Source: Bradyrhizobium sp.
Lineage (GTDB): Bacteria; Pseudomonadota; Alphaproteobacteria; Rhizobiales; Xanthobacteraceae
Assembly: GCF_035935975.1 (NCBI RefSeq)
Contig: NZ_DASYWN010000058.1
Span: 7,993 to 71,992 of the forward strand
Reading direction: 5' to 3'
DNA: 64,000 bases
In this document: positions 24,138-33,669 of the stretch, piece by piece
Numbering within the stretch: the stretch's first letter is position 1
Layout of the letters: each line of letters starts with the position of its first letter
Made by a program: the position numbers and the translations under genes
Notes under the pieces: model-generated
Told to the model about the DNA's origin: nothing
What the model saw: only the letters and a program-made list of their open reading frames with translations
The model's database searches: none

Positions 24138-24218
24138 AGTAATCTCTTCAACACTCCTCCTACTGTGCATGGGGTTGTTTTCAGGAAAATGCTTTGCTGG
24201 CCTCCGAAGCCTGTCGTC

Positions 24219-24234
24219 CGTTTCACGTGAAACA
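24219..24234. promoter_or_regulatory. parS site 5 (cgtttcacgtgaaaca, 15/16)
   Basis: One terminal mismatch. Lies about 55 nt upstream of the mnmG ATG. Confidence 0.75.
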
Positions 24235-24289
24235 CCCTCTCACCCAGTTTCTACTTCCGGCTTTCATACCTCTGAGCTAGAAGTCCGCC

Positions 24290-26170
24290 ATGCGAACAGA
24301 GCGAGAGAGTTTCGACGTCATCGTCATTGGCGGCGGCCACGCCGGCTGTGAGGCCGCGGCTGCTTCTGCCCGGATGGGCGCGGCGACCGCTCTGGTGACG
24401 CACCGTTTCTCTACGGTTGGCGCGATGTCCTGCAACCCCGCCATCGGGGGTCTCGGCAAGGGTCATCTGGTCCGCGAAGTCGATGCTCTCGATGGTCTGA
24501 TGGGCCGTGTCGGCGATGCCGGCGGCATCCAGTTCCGCGTTCTCAATCGTCGGAAGGGTCCCGCTGTGCGTGGTCCCCGGGCCCAGGCGGACCGGAAGCT
24601 TTATGCGGCCGCCATGCAGGCCGCGATCCGGGAGACCGAGGGTCTTTCCGTCATCGAAGGCGAAGCTGACGAGCTGCTTGTGGTCGACGGGCGGGTTACC
24701 GGACTGCGCCTGGCGGATGGCCGGGAGCTTCGGGCAGGGGCTGTCGTCGTCACCACCGGCACCTTCCTGCGTGGTCTGATCCATCTCGGTGAGAAGAACT
24801 GGCCCGCTGGCCGGGTCGGTGAGGCTCCGGCAATGGGCCTTTCCGCCTCCTTCGAGCGTGCCGGCTTTACCCTCGGACGGCTCAAGACCGGCACGCCCCC
24901 GCGTCTGGACGGTACCACGATCGACTGGTCTGCGGTCGAGATGCAGCCAGGAGACGAGCCGCCGGAGCCGTTCTCGGTCATGACCGAGCGGATCACGACC
25001 CCGCAGATCCAGTGCGGGATCACCCGGACCACGTCCGCTACCCATGAGGTGATCCGGGCCAATGTCCATCGCTCCCCGATGTATTCCGGCCAGATCAAGA
25101 GCTCCGGACCGCGCTATTGCCCCTCGATCGAGGACAAGATCGTCCGCTTCGGCGACCGCGATGGCCACCAGATCTTCCTGGAGCCGGAAGGTCTCGACGA
25201 CAGCACGGTCTATCCCAACGGCATCTCAACCTCGCTCCCGGAGGAGGTCCAGCTCGCGATCCTCGCCAGCATCCCCGGTCTGGAGCGGGTGAAGATGGTC
25301 CGTCCGGGCTACGCCATCGAATACGACCACCTCGATCCTCGGGAGCTCGATCCGACCCTGCAGACCAAGCGTTTGCGTGGTCTCTTCCTGGCCGGGCAGA
25401 TCAACGGCACCACCGGATATGAAGAAGCCGCCGGGCAAGGCATCGTGGCCGGCCTGAACGCGGCGCTATCGGCCAGTGGGGCAGTACTGACGGTGTTCGA
25501 CCGCGCGGACGGCTATCTCGGTGTGATGATCGACGACCTCGTGACCCGCGGGATCAGCGAACCCTATCGGATGTTCACCTCAAGGGCCGAATACCGGCTG
25601 ACACTGCGGGCCGACAATGCCGATCAGCGCCTGACCGAGAAGGGGATCGCTTTGGGATGCGTCGGCATCGCTCGTACCCAGCATCACCGTACCAAGATGG
25701 ACGCCCTGAACGCGGCCCGGACGCTCTCGAAGTCGCTGACGATCACCCCCAACGAGGCGATCAAGCACGGGCTGTCCCTGAACCGGGACGGCCAGCGCCG
25801 GTCGGCCTTCGAACTGATGGCCTATCCGGATATCGGCTGGAGCCAGGTCCGGGCGATCTGGCCGGAGCTGTCCGCGATCGATCCCGTCATCGCTACCCAT
25901 CTCGAGATCGACGCCAAGTACGACGTCTATCTGGAGCGCCAGAGCGCCGACGTCGAAGCCTTCCGGCGAGACGAGGGGATGGTGCTGTCGGAGGTCGACT
26001 ACCAGCAGGTCCCAGGTCTTTCCAACGAGGTCCGCGCCAAGCTGGAGAAGGCACGACCGTTCACGGTCGGCCAGGCCGGCCGGATCGACGGCATGACGCC
26101 GGCAGCGCTCGGCATCCTCGCGGCCTATCTCCGCCGCGAGGCGCGGAAAACTTCCAAGGCAATCGCATAG
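24290..26170 (+). CDS. mnmG: tRNA uridine 5-carboxymethylaminomethyl modification enzyme MnmG (GidA)
   Basis: [19 protein letters not shown] motif and full-length GidA similarity. Confidence 0.95.
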   Translation: MRTERESFDVIVIGGGHAGCEAAAASARMGAATALVTHRFSTVGAMSCNPAIGGLGKGHLVREVDALDGLMGRVGDAGGIQFRVLNRRKGPAVRGPRAQADRKLYAAAMQAAIRETEGLSVIEGEADELLVVDGRVTGLRLADGRELRAGAVVVTTGTFLRGLIHLGEKNWPAGRVGEAPAMGLSASFERAGFTLGRLKTGTPPRLDGTTIDWSAVEMQPGDEPPEPFSVMTERITTPQIQCGITRTTSATHEVIRANVHRSPMYSGQIKSSGPRYCPSIEDKIVRFGDRDGHQIFLEPEGLDDSTVYPNGISTSLPEEVQLAILASIPGLERVKMVRPGYAIEYDHLDPRELDPTLQTKRLRGLFLAGQINGTTGYEEAAGQGIVAGLNAALSASGAVLTVFDRADGYLGVMIDDLVTRGISEPYRMFTSRAEYRLTLRADNADQRLTEKGIALGCVGIARTQHHRTKMDALNAARTLSKSLTITPNEAIKHGLSLNRDGQRRSAFELMAYPDIGWSQVRAIWPELSAIDPVIATHLEIDAKYDVYLERQSADVEAFRRDEGMVLSEVDYQQVPGLSNEVRAKLEKARPFTVGQAGRIDGMTPAALGILAAYLRREARKTSKAIA

Positions 26171-26171
26171 G

Positions 26172-26187
26172 CGTTTCACGTGAAACA
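26172..26187. promoter_or_regulatory. parS site 6 (cgtttcacgtgaaaca, 15/16)
   Basis: Sits in the 9-nt mnmG/rsmG gap. The ORF-track GTG start of rsmG lies inside this palindrome. Confidence 0.75.
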
Positions 26188-26953
26188 GCGCGGACCGGGC
26201 GGGGACAGGCCGCTATCCCGACGACCCGGAGCAGGTGAGGGCGGCGGTCGTCGGCCTGAGCCGGCGCCGGCCAAACCGAGGATCGACAAGGCCAGCGCCA
26301 ACGATCAGGCGCTCGACTCCATCATCGCCGCCGACAAGCGCGCGGCGTTGAAGCTCGCTCCCGTTTCACATGAAACAGAGGCACGGCTCGATCGCTACAT
26401 TGCGCTGCTGCGGGAATGGCAGGCCAAGACCAATCTGGTCGCGCCCTCGACCCTGCCAAACCTCTGGACCCGGCACATCGCCGATTCGCTTCAGCTCGTC
26501 GATCTCGCGCCAACCGCAAAGCGCTGGGCCGACCTCGGCAGCGGCGGCGGCTTTCCCGGCGTCGTGCTCGCCTGTGCCATGGCAGGGACGCCGGATGCCA
26601 AGGTTCATCTGGTCGAGCGAATCGCCAAGAAGGCTGCGTTTTTGCGCGAAGCAATCCGCGTCACCACATCTCCGGGAGTCGTACATCTCGCTGAGATCGG
26701 GGATAATGTGGATAGAATCACCGGCCCCGTCGATTGCGTCACCGCGCGTGCGCTGGCTCCGCTACATCAACTTATCGGCTTTGCGGAGCCGCTGATGCGC
26801 CAGGGCGCAAAGGCGTTGTTTCTCAAGGGTCAAGATGTAGAGGTTGAATTGACCGAAGCCGCTAAATATTGGAATATTCAGCCGCAGCTCCACCAAAGCC
26901 GCACCGGCGATGGGTGGATCGTCGAGCTAACTTCAGTTGAACGGCGCGGGTGA
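26180..26953 (+). CDS. rsmG: 16S rRNA (guanine527-N7)-methyltransferase RsmG (GidB); true start probably downstream
   Basis: SAM motif DLGSGGGFPGVVLA and typical LREWQAKTNLV. The first 45 or so codons are Arg/Gly/Pro-rich and overlap parS sites. An in-frame TTG near 26346 is an alternative start. Confidence 0.85.
   Translation: MKQRGPGGDRPLSRRPGAGEGGGRRPEPAPAKPRIDKASANDQALDSIIAADKRAALKLAPVSHETEARLDRYIALLREWQAKTNLVAPSTLPNLWTRHIADSLQLVDLAPTAKRWADLGSGGGFPGVVLACAMAGTPDAKVHLVERIAKKAAFLREAIRVTTSPGVVHLAEIGDNVDRITGPVDCVTARALAPLHQLIGFAEPLMRQGAKALFLKGQDVEVELTEAAKYWNIQPQLHQSRTGDGWIVELTSVERRG
26362..26377. promoter_or_regulatory. parS-like site 7 (cgtttcacatgaaaca, 14/16)
   Basis: Central CG changed to CA and one terminal mismatch. 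Lies within the rsmG 5' region. Confidence 0.5.
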
Positions 26954-26981
26954 GACGTTCAGGGGTTGAGTGGGGATTTCG

Positions 26982-27836
26982 ATGACCGTGATTGACGAGC
27001 CGCAGCAAGAGCAGACCGCAGAAGTCCCGCATGGCCACCCGCGCATCCTGGCGCTGGCCAATCAGAAGGGCGGCGTGGGGAAAACAACCACAGCGATTAA
27101 CCTCGGCACGGCGCTCGCAGCGATTGGCGAGCGCGTCCTGATCGTCGATCTCGATCCGCAGGGCAACGCCTCGACCGGCCTCGGCATCGATCGCCGCAAC
27201 CGCTCCTGCTCGACCTATGACGTGCTGATCGGCGAAGCCCCGCTGCGTGAAGCGCTGGTCTCGACCGCGGTGCCGCGGCTGCACATCGCGCCCTCGACCA
27301 TGGACCTCTCCGGCCTCGAGCTCGAGCTCGGCACCACGCCCGGCCGCGCCTTCAAGCTGCGCGATGCGATCGGCGCGCTCAACAACAACGTCTCGCCGGA
27401 GGCCGACTACACCTATGTGCTGATCGACTGCCCGCCCTCGCTCAACCTGCTCACGGTGAACGCGATGGCCGCGTCGGACGCGATCCTGGTGCCGCTGCAG
27501 TGCGAGTTCTTCGCGCTCGAAGGTCTGTCGCAATTGCTGCAGACGGTGGAGCAGGTGCGCTCGACGCTGAACCCGAACCTGTCGATCCACGGCATCGTGC
27601 TGACCATGTTCGACTCGCGCAACAACCTGTCGAACCAGGTCGTCGCCGACGTCCGCCAGTTCATGGGCGAGAAGGTCTACAAGACCATGATCCCGCGCAA
27701 CGTGCGCATCTCGGAAGCGCCGTCCTACGGCAAGCCGGTGCTGGTCTACGATCTCAAATGCGTCGGCAGCGAAGCGTACCTGCGGCTCGCCACCGAAGTG
27801 ATCCAGCGCGAGCGCGAGCTGCGCGTCACGCATTGA
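26982..27836 (+). CDS. parA: chromosome partitioning ATPase ParA
   Basis: Deviant Walker A ANQKGGVGKTTTAINL. DCPPSLNLLT. ATG at 26982 preferred over the GTG at 26970. Confidence 0.95.
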   Translation: MTVIDEPQQEQTAEVPHGHPRILALANQKGGVGKTTTAINLGTALAAIGERVLIVDLDPQGNASTGLGIDRRNRSCSTYDVLIGEAPLREALVSTAVPRLHIAPSTMDLSGLELELGTTPGRAFKLRDAIGALNNNVSPEADYTYVLIDCPPSLNLLTVNAMAASDAILVPLQCEFFALEGLSQLLQTVEQVRSTLNPNLSIHGIVLTMFDSRNNLSNQVVADVRQFMGEKVYKTMIPRNVRISEAPSYGKPVLVYDLKCVGSEAYLRLATEVIQRERELRVTH

Positions 27837-27850
27837 AGCGACGTTGATTC

Positions 27851-27930
27851 GTAGGATGGGTAGAGCGCAGCGAAACCCATCATCGCACGTACGAACAGCG
27901 ATGGGTTTCGCTTCGCTCTACCCATCCTAC
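27851..27930. repeat. REP-like hairpin, family C
   Basis: Arms gtaggatgggtagagcgcagcgaaacccatc / gatgggtttcgcttcgctctacccatcctac in the parA-parB spacer. Confidence 0.7.
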
Positions 27931-27985
27931 AAGTTACGACAATTCAGTTCTGGAGTGCTGCACCGTGAATCCAAGGGAGCTGGCG

Positions 27986-28873
27986 ATGGCCGATGAAGCG
28001 CGTTCGCGACTGGGCCGGGGTCTTGCAAGTCTGATCGGTGATGTCGGCGGCGAGGCCCAGCATGTCGATCGTCCGCGCGCGCAGCGCAAGGTGCCGATCG
28101 AGTTCATCAAGCCGAACCCGCGCAATCCGCGCCGCACGTTTTCCGACACCGAGCTTCGGGAGCTCAGCGATTCCATCAAGCAGCACGGCGTGATCCAGCC
28201 GATCGTGGTGCGTCCGGTGAAGGGCGCGCAGGATCGCTACGAGATCATCGCCGGCGAACGGCGCTGGCGCGCCTCGCAGATCGCCGGCCTGCACGAAGTG
28301 CCGATCGTGCCGGTCGACATCAGCGACAGCGATGCGCTGGAGTTCGCGATCGTCGAGAACGTGCAGCGCGAAGATCTCAACCCGATGGAAGAGGCGCTCG
28401 GCTATCACGCGCTCGCCAACGAGTTCAAACGCAGCCAGGACGACATCGCAAAGGTCGTCGGCAAGAGCCGCAGCCACATCGCCAATATGATGCGGCTGAC
28501 CAAGCTGCCGGCCGAGGTGCAGGCCCTGATCACGAGTGGCGACCTGACCGCCGGCCACGCCCGCGCGCTGATCGGCGTGCCCGATCCGGTTGCGTCGGCC
28601 AAGCGCATCGTCGAGGAAGGCCTCAACGTCCGCCAGGCCGAAGCGCTCGCGCATGAAGAGGGCGTGCCCGAGCGCAAGCCGCAGAAGGCGCGCGCCAGCG
28701 GAGGCAAGGAAAAGGACCCCGACACGATTGATCTCGAGAAGCGCGTCAGCGATGCGCTCGGTCTCAAGGTCACCGTCAATCACCGCGACCCCGGCGGCTC
28801 CGTGCAGATCAACTATCGCAACCTCGACCAGCTCGACGAGGTGATGAAGCGGCTGGCCAAGGGCGCGTTGTAG
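27986..28873 (+). CDS. parB: chromosome partitioning protein ParB
   Basis: RLGRGLASLI, NPRNPRR, IVVRP...YEIIAGERRWRA (ParB box), and an HTH region. ATG at 27986; a GTG at 27965 is also possible. Confidence 0.95.
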   Translation: MADEARSRLGRGLASLIGDVGGEAQHVDRPRAQRKVPIEFIKPNPRNPRRTFSDTELRELSDSIKQHGVIQPIVVRPVKGAQDRYEIIAGERRWRASQIAGLHEVPIVPVDISDSDALEFAIVENVQREDLNPMEEALGYHALANEFKRSQDDIAKVVGKSRSHIANMMRLTKLPAEVQALITSGDLTAGHARALIGVPDPVASAKRIVEEGLNVRQAEALAHEEGVPERKPQKARASGGKEKDPDTIDLEKRVSDALGLKVTVNHRDPGGSVQINYRNLDQLDEVMKRLAKGAL

Positions 28874-28944
28874 TCTCGGCTTCCGTTCCGGGCTCGCGAC
28901 GCGGGACCCGGAATCTCCCGCGATATAAGCAGTCTATCCCCTCA

Positions 28945-29032
28945 CCCTGAGGAGCCGCGAAGCGGCGTCTCGAAGGGCGAGGGCCCGGGCCTTCCATCCT
29001 TCGAGACGCGCGCAAAAGCGCGCTCCTCAGGA
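28945..29032. repeat. REP-like hairpin, family D
   Basis: Arms cctgaggagccgcgaagcggcgtctcgaagg / ccttcgagacgcgcgcaaaagcgcgctcctcagg. Confidence 0.6.
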
Positions 29033-29077
29033 TGAGGAACTAACGCCGTCATTGAGACGCGCATCTCTCTCCACATC

Positions 29078-29163
29078 GTCATTGCGAGGAGCGCAAGCGA
29101 CGAAGCAATCCAGAGTCTCTCCGCGGAGGGTTTCTGGATTGCTTCGCTTCGCTCGCAATGACG
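29078..29163. repeat. REP-like hairpin, family B copy 2
   Basis: gtcattgcgaggagcgcaagcgacgaagcaatccagag ... ctggattgcttcgcttcgctcgcaatgac. Flanking tctctccac / gtggagaga extends the stem. Confidence 0.7.
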
Positions 29164-29177
29164 TGGAGAGACTGCGC

Positions 29178-30206
29178 CTACCCCCGCCGCTTCGCATTCG
29201 CGGCGATCGCCATCAGCGTGCGCTGGGCGATGGCGGCGGCGAGCGTGGACTGCTTGCGGGTGTCGAGCGCGGCGGTGGCGAGCTGCTCGATCACGGCGGC
29301 GAGCCTCGTTACACTGAAATTGCGCAGCGCCGTCTCCACTGCGGGCTTCCTTGAAAAATGCAGCCGTGGATATCCGCCGTCGAGCACGGCGGAGGCCGGC
29401 GTGCCGTCGGCGATGGCGAGCGCGGATTTGTGCAGCCACGCGGCCTGGCGCTGTGCTGCGGAGATGATCACGCCGGGATAGGTGCCGGCGATCATGGCCT
29501 TTGCGAATTCGGTCTCGACGATGTCGGGCCGGCCGGCGAAGGCGCCGTCGACGATTGGATCGAGCTTCAGCTCGGACGCATCGGCGACCACGGCCATCAC
29601 GTCGTCCAGCGTGATCTCGCCTTTGCCATGGGCATAGAGCGTCAGCTTGCGCAGCTCATTGCGCGAGGCCTGGCGGTCACCGCCGAGGAACGACATCAGC
29701 GCGGCGCGGGCATCCTGTGCGATCCGCAAATTCGCGATGCGGAGTTCGTCTTCCATCAGCTTGGCGAGGTCGCGCTCGGTGTCGGGATAGCAGCCGATTG
29801 CGACCGCCGTCTTGGCCTTCTCGCAGGCCTTGCGCAGCGGCGATTCCGGGCGCAGCTCGCCGGCCTCGATCACGATGCGGCAATCCTTCACGTTCATCTC
29901 GGCCAGCGTATCGACGCCGCTGGCAAAGCTGCGCGAGCCGGCGCGGATGCGGATGGCGCGGCGGCCGCCGAACAGCGGCACCGTCATGGCTTCGTCGACC
30001 AGGCGCGACGGCTCGGCGGAGAGTTCGTCGCCGTCGAGCTTGACCATTGCGAACGGATCGTTGGGATCGTCGACGGCGGAGGCGATCAGCGCATCCGCGC
30101 GCTCGCGCACGAGGCCGGCATCGGGACCGTACAGCAGGATGATCGGACGGCCCGCATCGGGGCGGGCGAGGAAGGCGTCGATCTCTTTTCCGCGCAGCGC
30201 GACCAT
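29178..30206 (-). CDS. holA: DNA polymerase III subunit delta
   Basis: 342 aa. ILLYGPDAGLVRERA and overall HolA-like layout. Conserved leuS-lptE-holA order. Confidence 0.8.
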   Translation of the reverse strand: MVALRGKEIDAFLARPDAGRPIILLYGPDAGLVRERADALIASAVDDPNDPFAMVKLDGDELSAEPSRLVDEAMTVPLFGGRRAIRIRAGSRSFASGVDTLAEMNVKDCRIVIEAGELRPESPLRKACEKAKTAVAIGCYPDTERDLAKLMEDELRIANLRIAQDARAALMSFLGGDRQASRNELRKLTLYAHGKGEITLDDVMAVVADASELKLDPIVDGAFAGRPDIVETEFAKAMIAGTYPGVIISAAQRQAAWLHKSALAIADGTPASAVLDGGYPRLHFSRKPAVETALRNFSVTRLAAVIEQLATAALDTRKQSTLAAAIAQRTLMAIAANAKRRG

Positions 30207-30216
30207 GATCTAGATC

Positions 30217-30304
30217 GTCGTTCCGGGCGCGCGCAGCGCGAACCCGGAATCCAGAGGTTAGGGATCGAGATTCCGGGTTCGCCCTTCGGGCGCCCCGGAA
30301 TGAC
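30217..30304. repeat. REP-like hairpin, family E
   Basis: Arms gtcgttccgggcgcgcgcagcgcgaacccggaatc / gattccgggttcgcccttcgggcgccccggaatgac. Confidence 0.6.
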
Positions 30305-30313
30305 AGGTGTGAC

Positions 30314-30865
30314 TTACGTGCCCGCGGTGAAGAACGAGGCGAGCCGGGTCGTGATGTTCTCGGCGATCTCGTTGGCGGCACGATCTTCCGCATCGCGCAC
30401 GGCGCGGTTGCGGGCGAAGCGCTGGTAGGAGCCGGGCATGTCATAGGACACGCGCGAGAACGTGGTGCCGGTCATCACCGACTTGCCGCTGACGACCTCG
30501 ATCAGATTGTACTGGGCGTCGATGCCATAGTTTTCGCTGTTCGGCAGGCCGGTCGCGGGGTCGAGGATCAGCGACGATTTGCTGGAGGTGAAGCGGATCT
30601 CCAGACGGTGGGTCGGCGGCATGCCCGTGGCGGTGCCGTAGAGCTTGAAGGCGAGGGCGTTGCGGACCTCGACGCCGACGCGGGCTTCGCGGGAGGCATT
30701 CGGCTTGTTGATCGGCGGAAGGTCGACCCCCATCAGCTTCTCGCGCAGGCCGGGGGTGCCGTCGGTATGCTCGGCATACATCGGCTGGAAGCAGCCAGCC
30801 GTCAGCGCCGCCAGAGCGGCGACCGCCAGCAAGCGGGCTGCGATGCGGATCCTAGCCGACAACAT
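30314..30865 (-). CDS. lptE: LPS-assembly lipoprotein LptE
   Basis: Lipobox LTAGC after a signal peptide. Size and position directly downstream of leuS (14-nt overlap) fit LptE. Confidence 0.7.
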   Translation of the reverse strand: MLSARIRIAARLLAVAALAALTAGCFQPMYAEHTDGTPGLREKLMGVDLPPINKPNASREARVGVEVRNALAFKLYGTATGMPPTHRLEIRFTSSKSSLILDPATGLPNSENYGIDAQYNLIEVVSGKSVMTGTTFSRVSYDMPGSYQRFARNRAVRDAEDRAANEIAENITTRLASFFTAGT

Positions 30866-33476
30866 TCACGATCCTCTTGGGGACGATAATCACCTTGCGG
30901 ACGGGTTTGCCGTCCAGGGCCAGCTTTACCGCATCGAGGGCCAAAACGGCAGCCTCGATTTCCGGATTCTGGGCCGCTGTTGCAACTGTGACCTCACCCC
31001 GCTTCTTGCCGTTGACCTGGACCACCAGGGTCACGCTGTCTTCAACCAGCAAATCGCGTTCGATTTGGGGCCAATTGGCCTCCGAAACCAGCCCGGAGTG
31101 GCCCAGAACCTGCCAGCACTCCTCGGCCAGATGCGGCATCATCGGTGAGAACAGCTGGACCAGGATCTGGCTGGCTTCCCGGATCGCCCAGGCCAAGTCC
31201 GCGGCCGGCTGGCCGGGGCGCTGGAGCACCTCCGAGAAAATATTCGTGAACTCGCGAATATGGGCGAGGCAGACGTTGAAATGCAGCCGCTCGACGCCGG
31301 TGGTGACCTTGTCGAGCGCACCGTGGGCGGCCTTGCGCAGGAGGAGCGCGTCGTCGCTGAACGAGGACGGCCGGGCCGCGGGGGCGGCCTTGCCGAGTTC
31401 CACCGCATCGTTCACCAGCCGCCACAGCCGCTGCACGAAGCGCGAGGCGCCCTGGACGCGCTCGTCGCTCCAGATCACGTCGCGGTCGGGCGGGGAGTCC
31501 GACAGCATGAACCAGCGGGCGACGTCGGCGCCGTAGGTTGCGATGATGTCGTCGGGGTCGACCGTGTTCTTCTTCGACTTCGACATCTTCTCGATCGGAC
31601 CGATCTGGATGTCTTCGCCGGTCGCAAGCAGGCTCGCGCGGCGGTCATTGCCGGCGCCTTCGATCTTCACCTCGGCCGGCTGCACCCAGCTGCCGTCGGC
31701 CTTCTGGTAGGTCTCGTGCACCACCATGCCCTGCGTGAACATGCCGGCGAACGGCTCGTCCAGCGTGACGTGCCCGGTCGCCTTCATCGCGCGGGTGAAG
31801 AAGCGGCTGTAGAGCAGATGCAGGATCGCGTGCTCGACGCCGCCGATATACTGGTCGACCGGCAGCATCCGGTTGACGACGGCGGGCGTCGTCGGCGCGG
31901 TCTCGTTCCAGGGATCGGTGAAGCGCGCGAAGTACCAGGACGAGTCCACGAAGGTGTCCATGGTGTCGGTTTCGCGTTGCGCCTTGCCGCCGCATTTCGG
32001 GCAGGTGACGTGCTTCCACGTCGGATGATGATCCAGCGCGTTGCCCGGCTTGTCGAAGCTCACATCCTCCGGCAGCACCACCGGCAGGTCTGCATCCGGC
32101 ACCGGCACCACGTCGCACTTCGGACAATGGATCACCGGGATCGGGCAGCCCCAATAGCGCTGGCGCGAAATGCCCCAGTCGCGCAGGCGGAAATTCACCT
32201 GCCGCTCGCCGACCGGCGCGTTGCCGCGCAGCTCATTTTCCAGGCGTTTTGCGACTTCGTCCTTGGCCTGGTCGATCGTCATGCCGTCGAGGAAGCGCGA
32301 ATTGATCATGCGGCCGTCACCGTCATAGGCGGTGTCGGTGATGACGAACGTCTTCGGGTCCTGGCCCTCGGGGCACACAACGGGCGTGTTGCCGAGATTG
32401 TACTTGTTGACGAAGTCGAGGTCGCGCTGGTCATGCGCGGGGCAGCCGAAGATCGCGCCGGTGCCGTATTCCATCAGCACGAAGTTGGCGACATAGACCG
32501 GCAGCTTCCAGCTCGGATCGAACGGGTGCACCGCGCGGATGCCGGTGTCGAAACCCTGCTTCTCCGCGGTGTCGATGATCGACTGCGCGGTGCCGATCTT
32601 CTTGATGTCGGAGATGAACTCCGCAAGCTTTGGGTTCTTCGCTGCGGCGGCCTGCGCCAGCGGATGATCCGCCGAGATCGCCATGAACTTCGCGCCGAAC
32701 AGCGTGTCCGGGCGCGTCGTGAAAATCTTCAGCTCGCTTTCGCCGGCGGGCGTGGTTGCCGCATCCAGCGCGAAGCGGACCAACAGGCCCTCGGAGCGGC
32801 CGATCCAGTTGCGCTGCATCAGCCGCACCTTGTCGGGCCAGCGGTCCAGCCCATCCAGGGCCGACAGCAGTTCCTGCGAGTACTTCGTGATCTTGAAGAC
32901 CCACTGGCTCATCTCGCGCTGTTCGACAACGGCACCGGAGCGCCAGCCGCGGCCGTCGATCACCTGCTCGTTGGCGAGCACGGTCATGTCGACCGGATCC
33001 CAATTGAGCTTGCGCTTCTCGCGCTCGGCGAGGCCGGCGGTGAGCATGTCCAGGAACATCTTCTGCTGATGCTTGTAGTAGCTGGGGTCGCAGGTCGCGA
33101 ATTCGCGGCTCCAGTCCAGCGACAGCCCGATCGAGCGGAGCTGCTTCTTCATCGCGGCGATGTTGTCGTAGGTCCAGGCCTTCGGGGCGACCTTGCGCTC
33201 GATGGCGGCGTTCTCGGCCGGCAGGCCGAACGCGTCCCAGCCCATCGGGTGCAGCACGTTGAACCCCTTGGCGCGCATGAAGCGGGCCAGCACGTCGCCG
33301 AGCGTGTAGTTGCGGACATGGCCGATATGGATGCGCCCGGACGGGTAAGGGAACATCTCGAGCACATAGTATTTCGGGCGCGAATCGTCGTTCTTCGAGA
33401 CGAAGATCGCCTGCTGGTCCCAGGCAGCCTGCCAGCGCGGTTCGGCGTCGCGGGCGTTGTAGCGTTCGGAGGTCAT
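30852..33476 (-). CDS. leuS: leucine--tRNA ligase
   Basis: HIGH-type motif [16 protein letters not shown], 874 aa. Confidence 0.97.
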   Translation of the reverse strand: MTSERYNARDAEPRWQAAWDQQAIFVSKNDDSRPKYYVLEMFPYPSGRIHIGHVRNYTLGDVLARFMRAKGFNVLHPMGWDAFGLPAENAAIERKVAPKAWTYDNIAAMKKQLRSIGLSLDWSREFATCDPSYYKHQQKMFLDMLTAGLAEREKRKLNWDPVDMTVLANEQVIDGRGWRSGAVVEQREMSQWVFKITKYSQELLSALDGLDRWPDKVRLMQRNWIGRSEGLLVRFALDAATTPAGESELKIFTTRPDTLFGAKFMAISADHPLAQAAAAKNPKLAEFISDIKKIGTAQSIIDTAEKQGFDTGIRAVHPFDPSWKLPVYVANFVLMEYGTGAIFGCPAHDQRDLDFVNKYNLGNTPVVCPEGQDPKTFVITDTAYDGDGRMINSRFLDGMTIDQAKDEVAKRLENELRGNAPVGERQVNFRLRDWGISRQRYWGCPIPVIHCPKCDVVPVPDADLPVVLPEDVSFDKPGNALDHHPTWKHVTCPKCGGKAQRETDTMDTFVDSSWYFARFTDPWNETAPTTPAVVNRMLPVDQYIGGVEHAILHLLYSRFFTRAMKATGHVTLDEPFAGMFTQGMVVHETYQKADGSWVQPAEVKIEGAGNDRRASLLATGEDIQIGPIEKMSKSKKNTVDPDDIIATYGADVARWFMLSDSPPDRDVIWSDERVQGASRFVQRLWRLVNDAVELGKAAPAARPSSFSDDALLLRKAAHGALDKVTTGVERLHFNVCLAHIREFTNIFSEVLQRPGQPAADLAWAIREASQILVQLFSPMMPHLAEECWQVLGHSGLVSEANWPQIERDLLVEDSVTLVVQVNGKKRGEVTVATAAQNPEIEAAVLALDAVKLALDGKPVRKVIIVPKRIVNVVG

Positions 33477-33669
33477 GGAATCGTTGGGTTTTGTTGGATT
33501 CGGCCGTCTAAAGAGGCCGGACTAGGCCATAGAAGTCCTCGGGGGGTCAATGGGTTGCCGCAGGCGCTGGCGCCCCGCAATGCTGCTCCGCAAAAGTACG
33601 GAGGAGGGTATTGGGATCGGATTAAGGGGTCGGTGCGAATTTGGCCGCCAACAGCACCCGCGCCAGGCG

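Noticed and set aside
23814-24351. Small ORFs (63, 112 and 152 aa) in the mnmE-mnmG spacer
   Set aside because: They are composed of REP hairpin arms and parS palindromes on both strands and carry no coding signal.
23577-26400. Repeated 16-nt palindromes as a CRISPR array
   Set aside because: The repeats are only 16 nt, irregularly spaced (20 bp to 1.9 kb) and partly inside genes. They match the parS consensus, and there are no cas genes.
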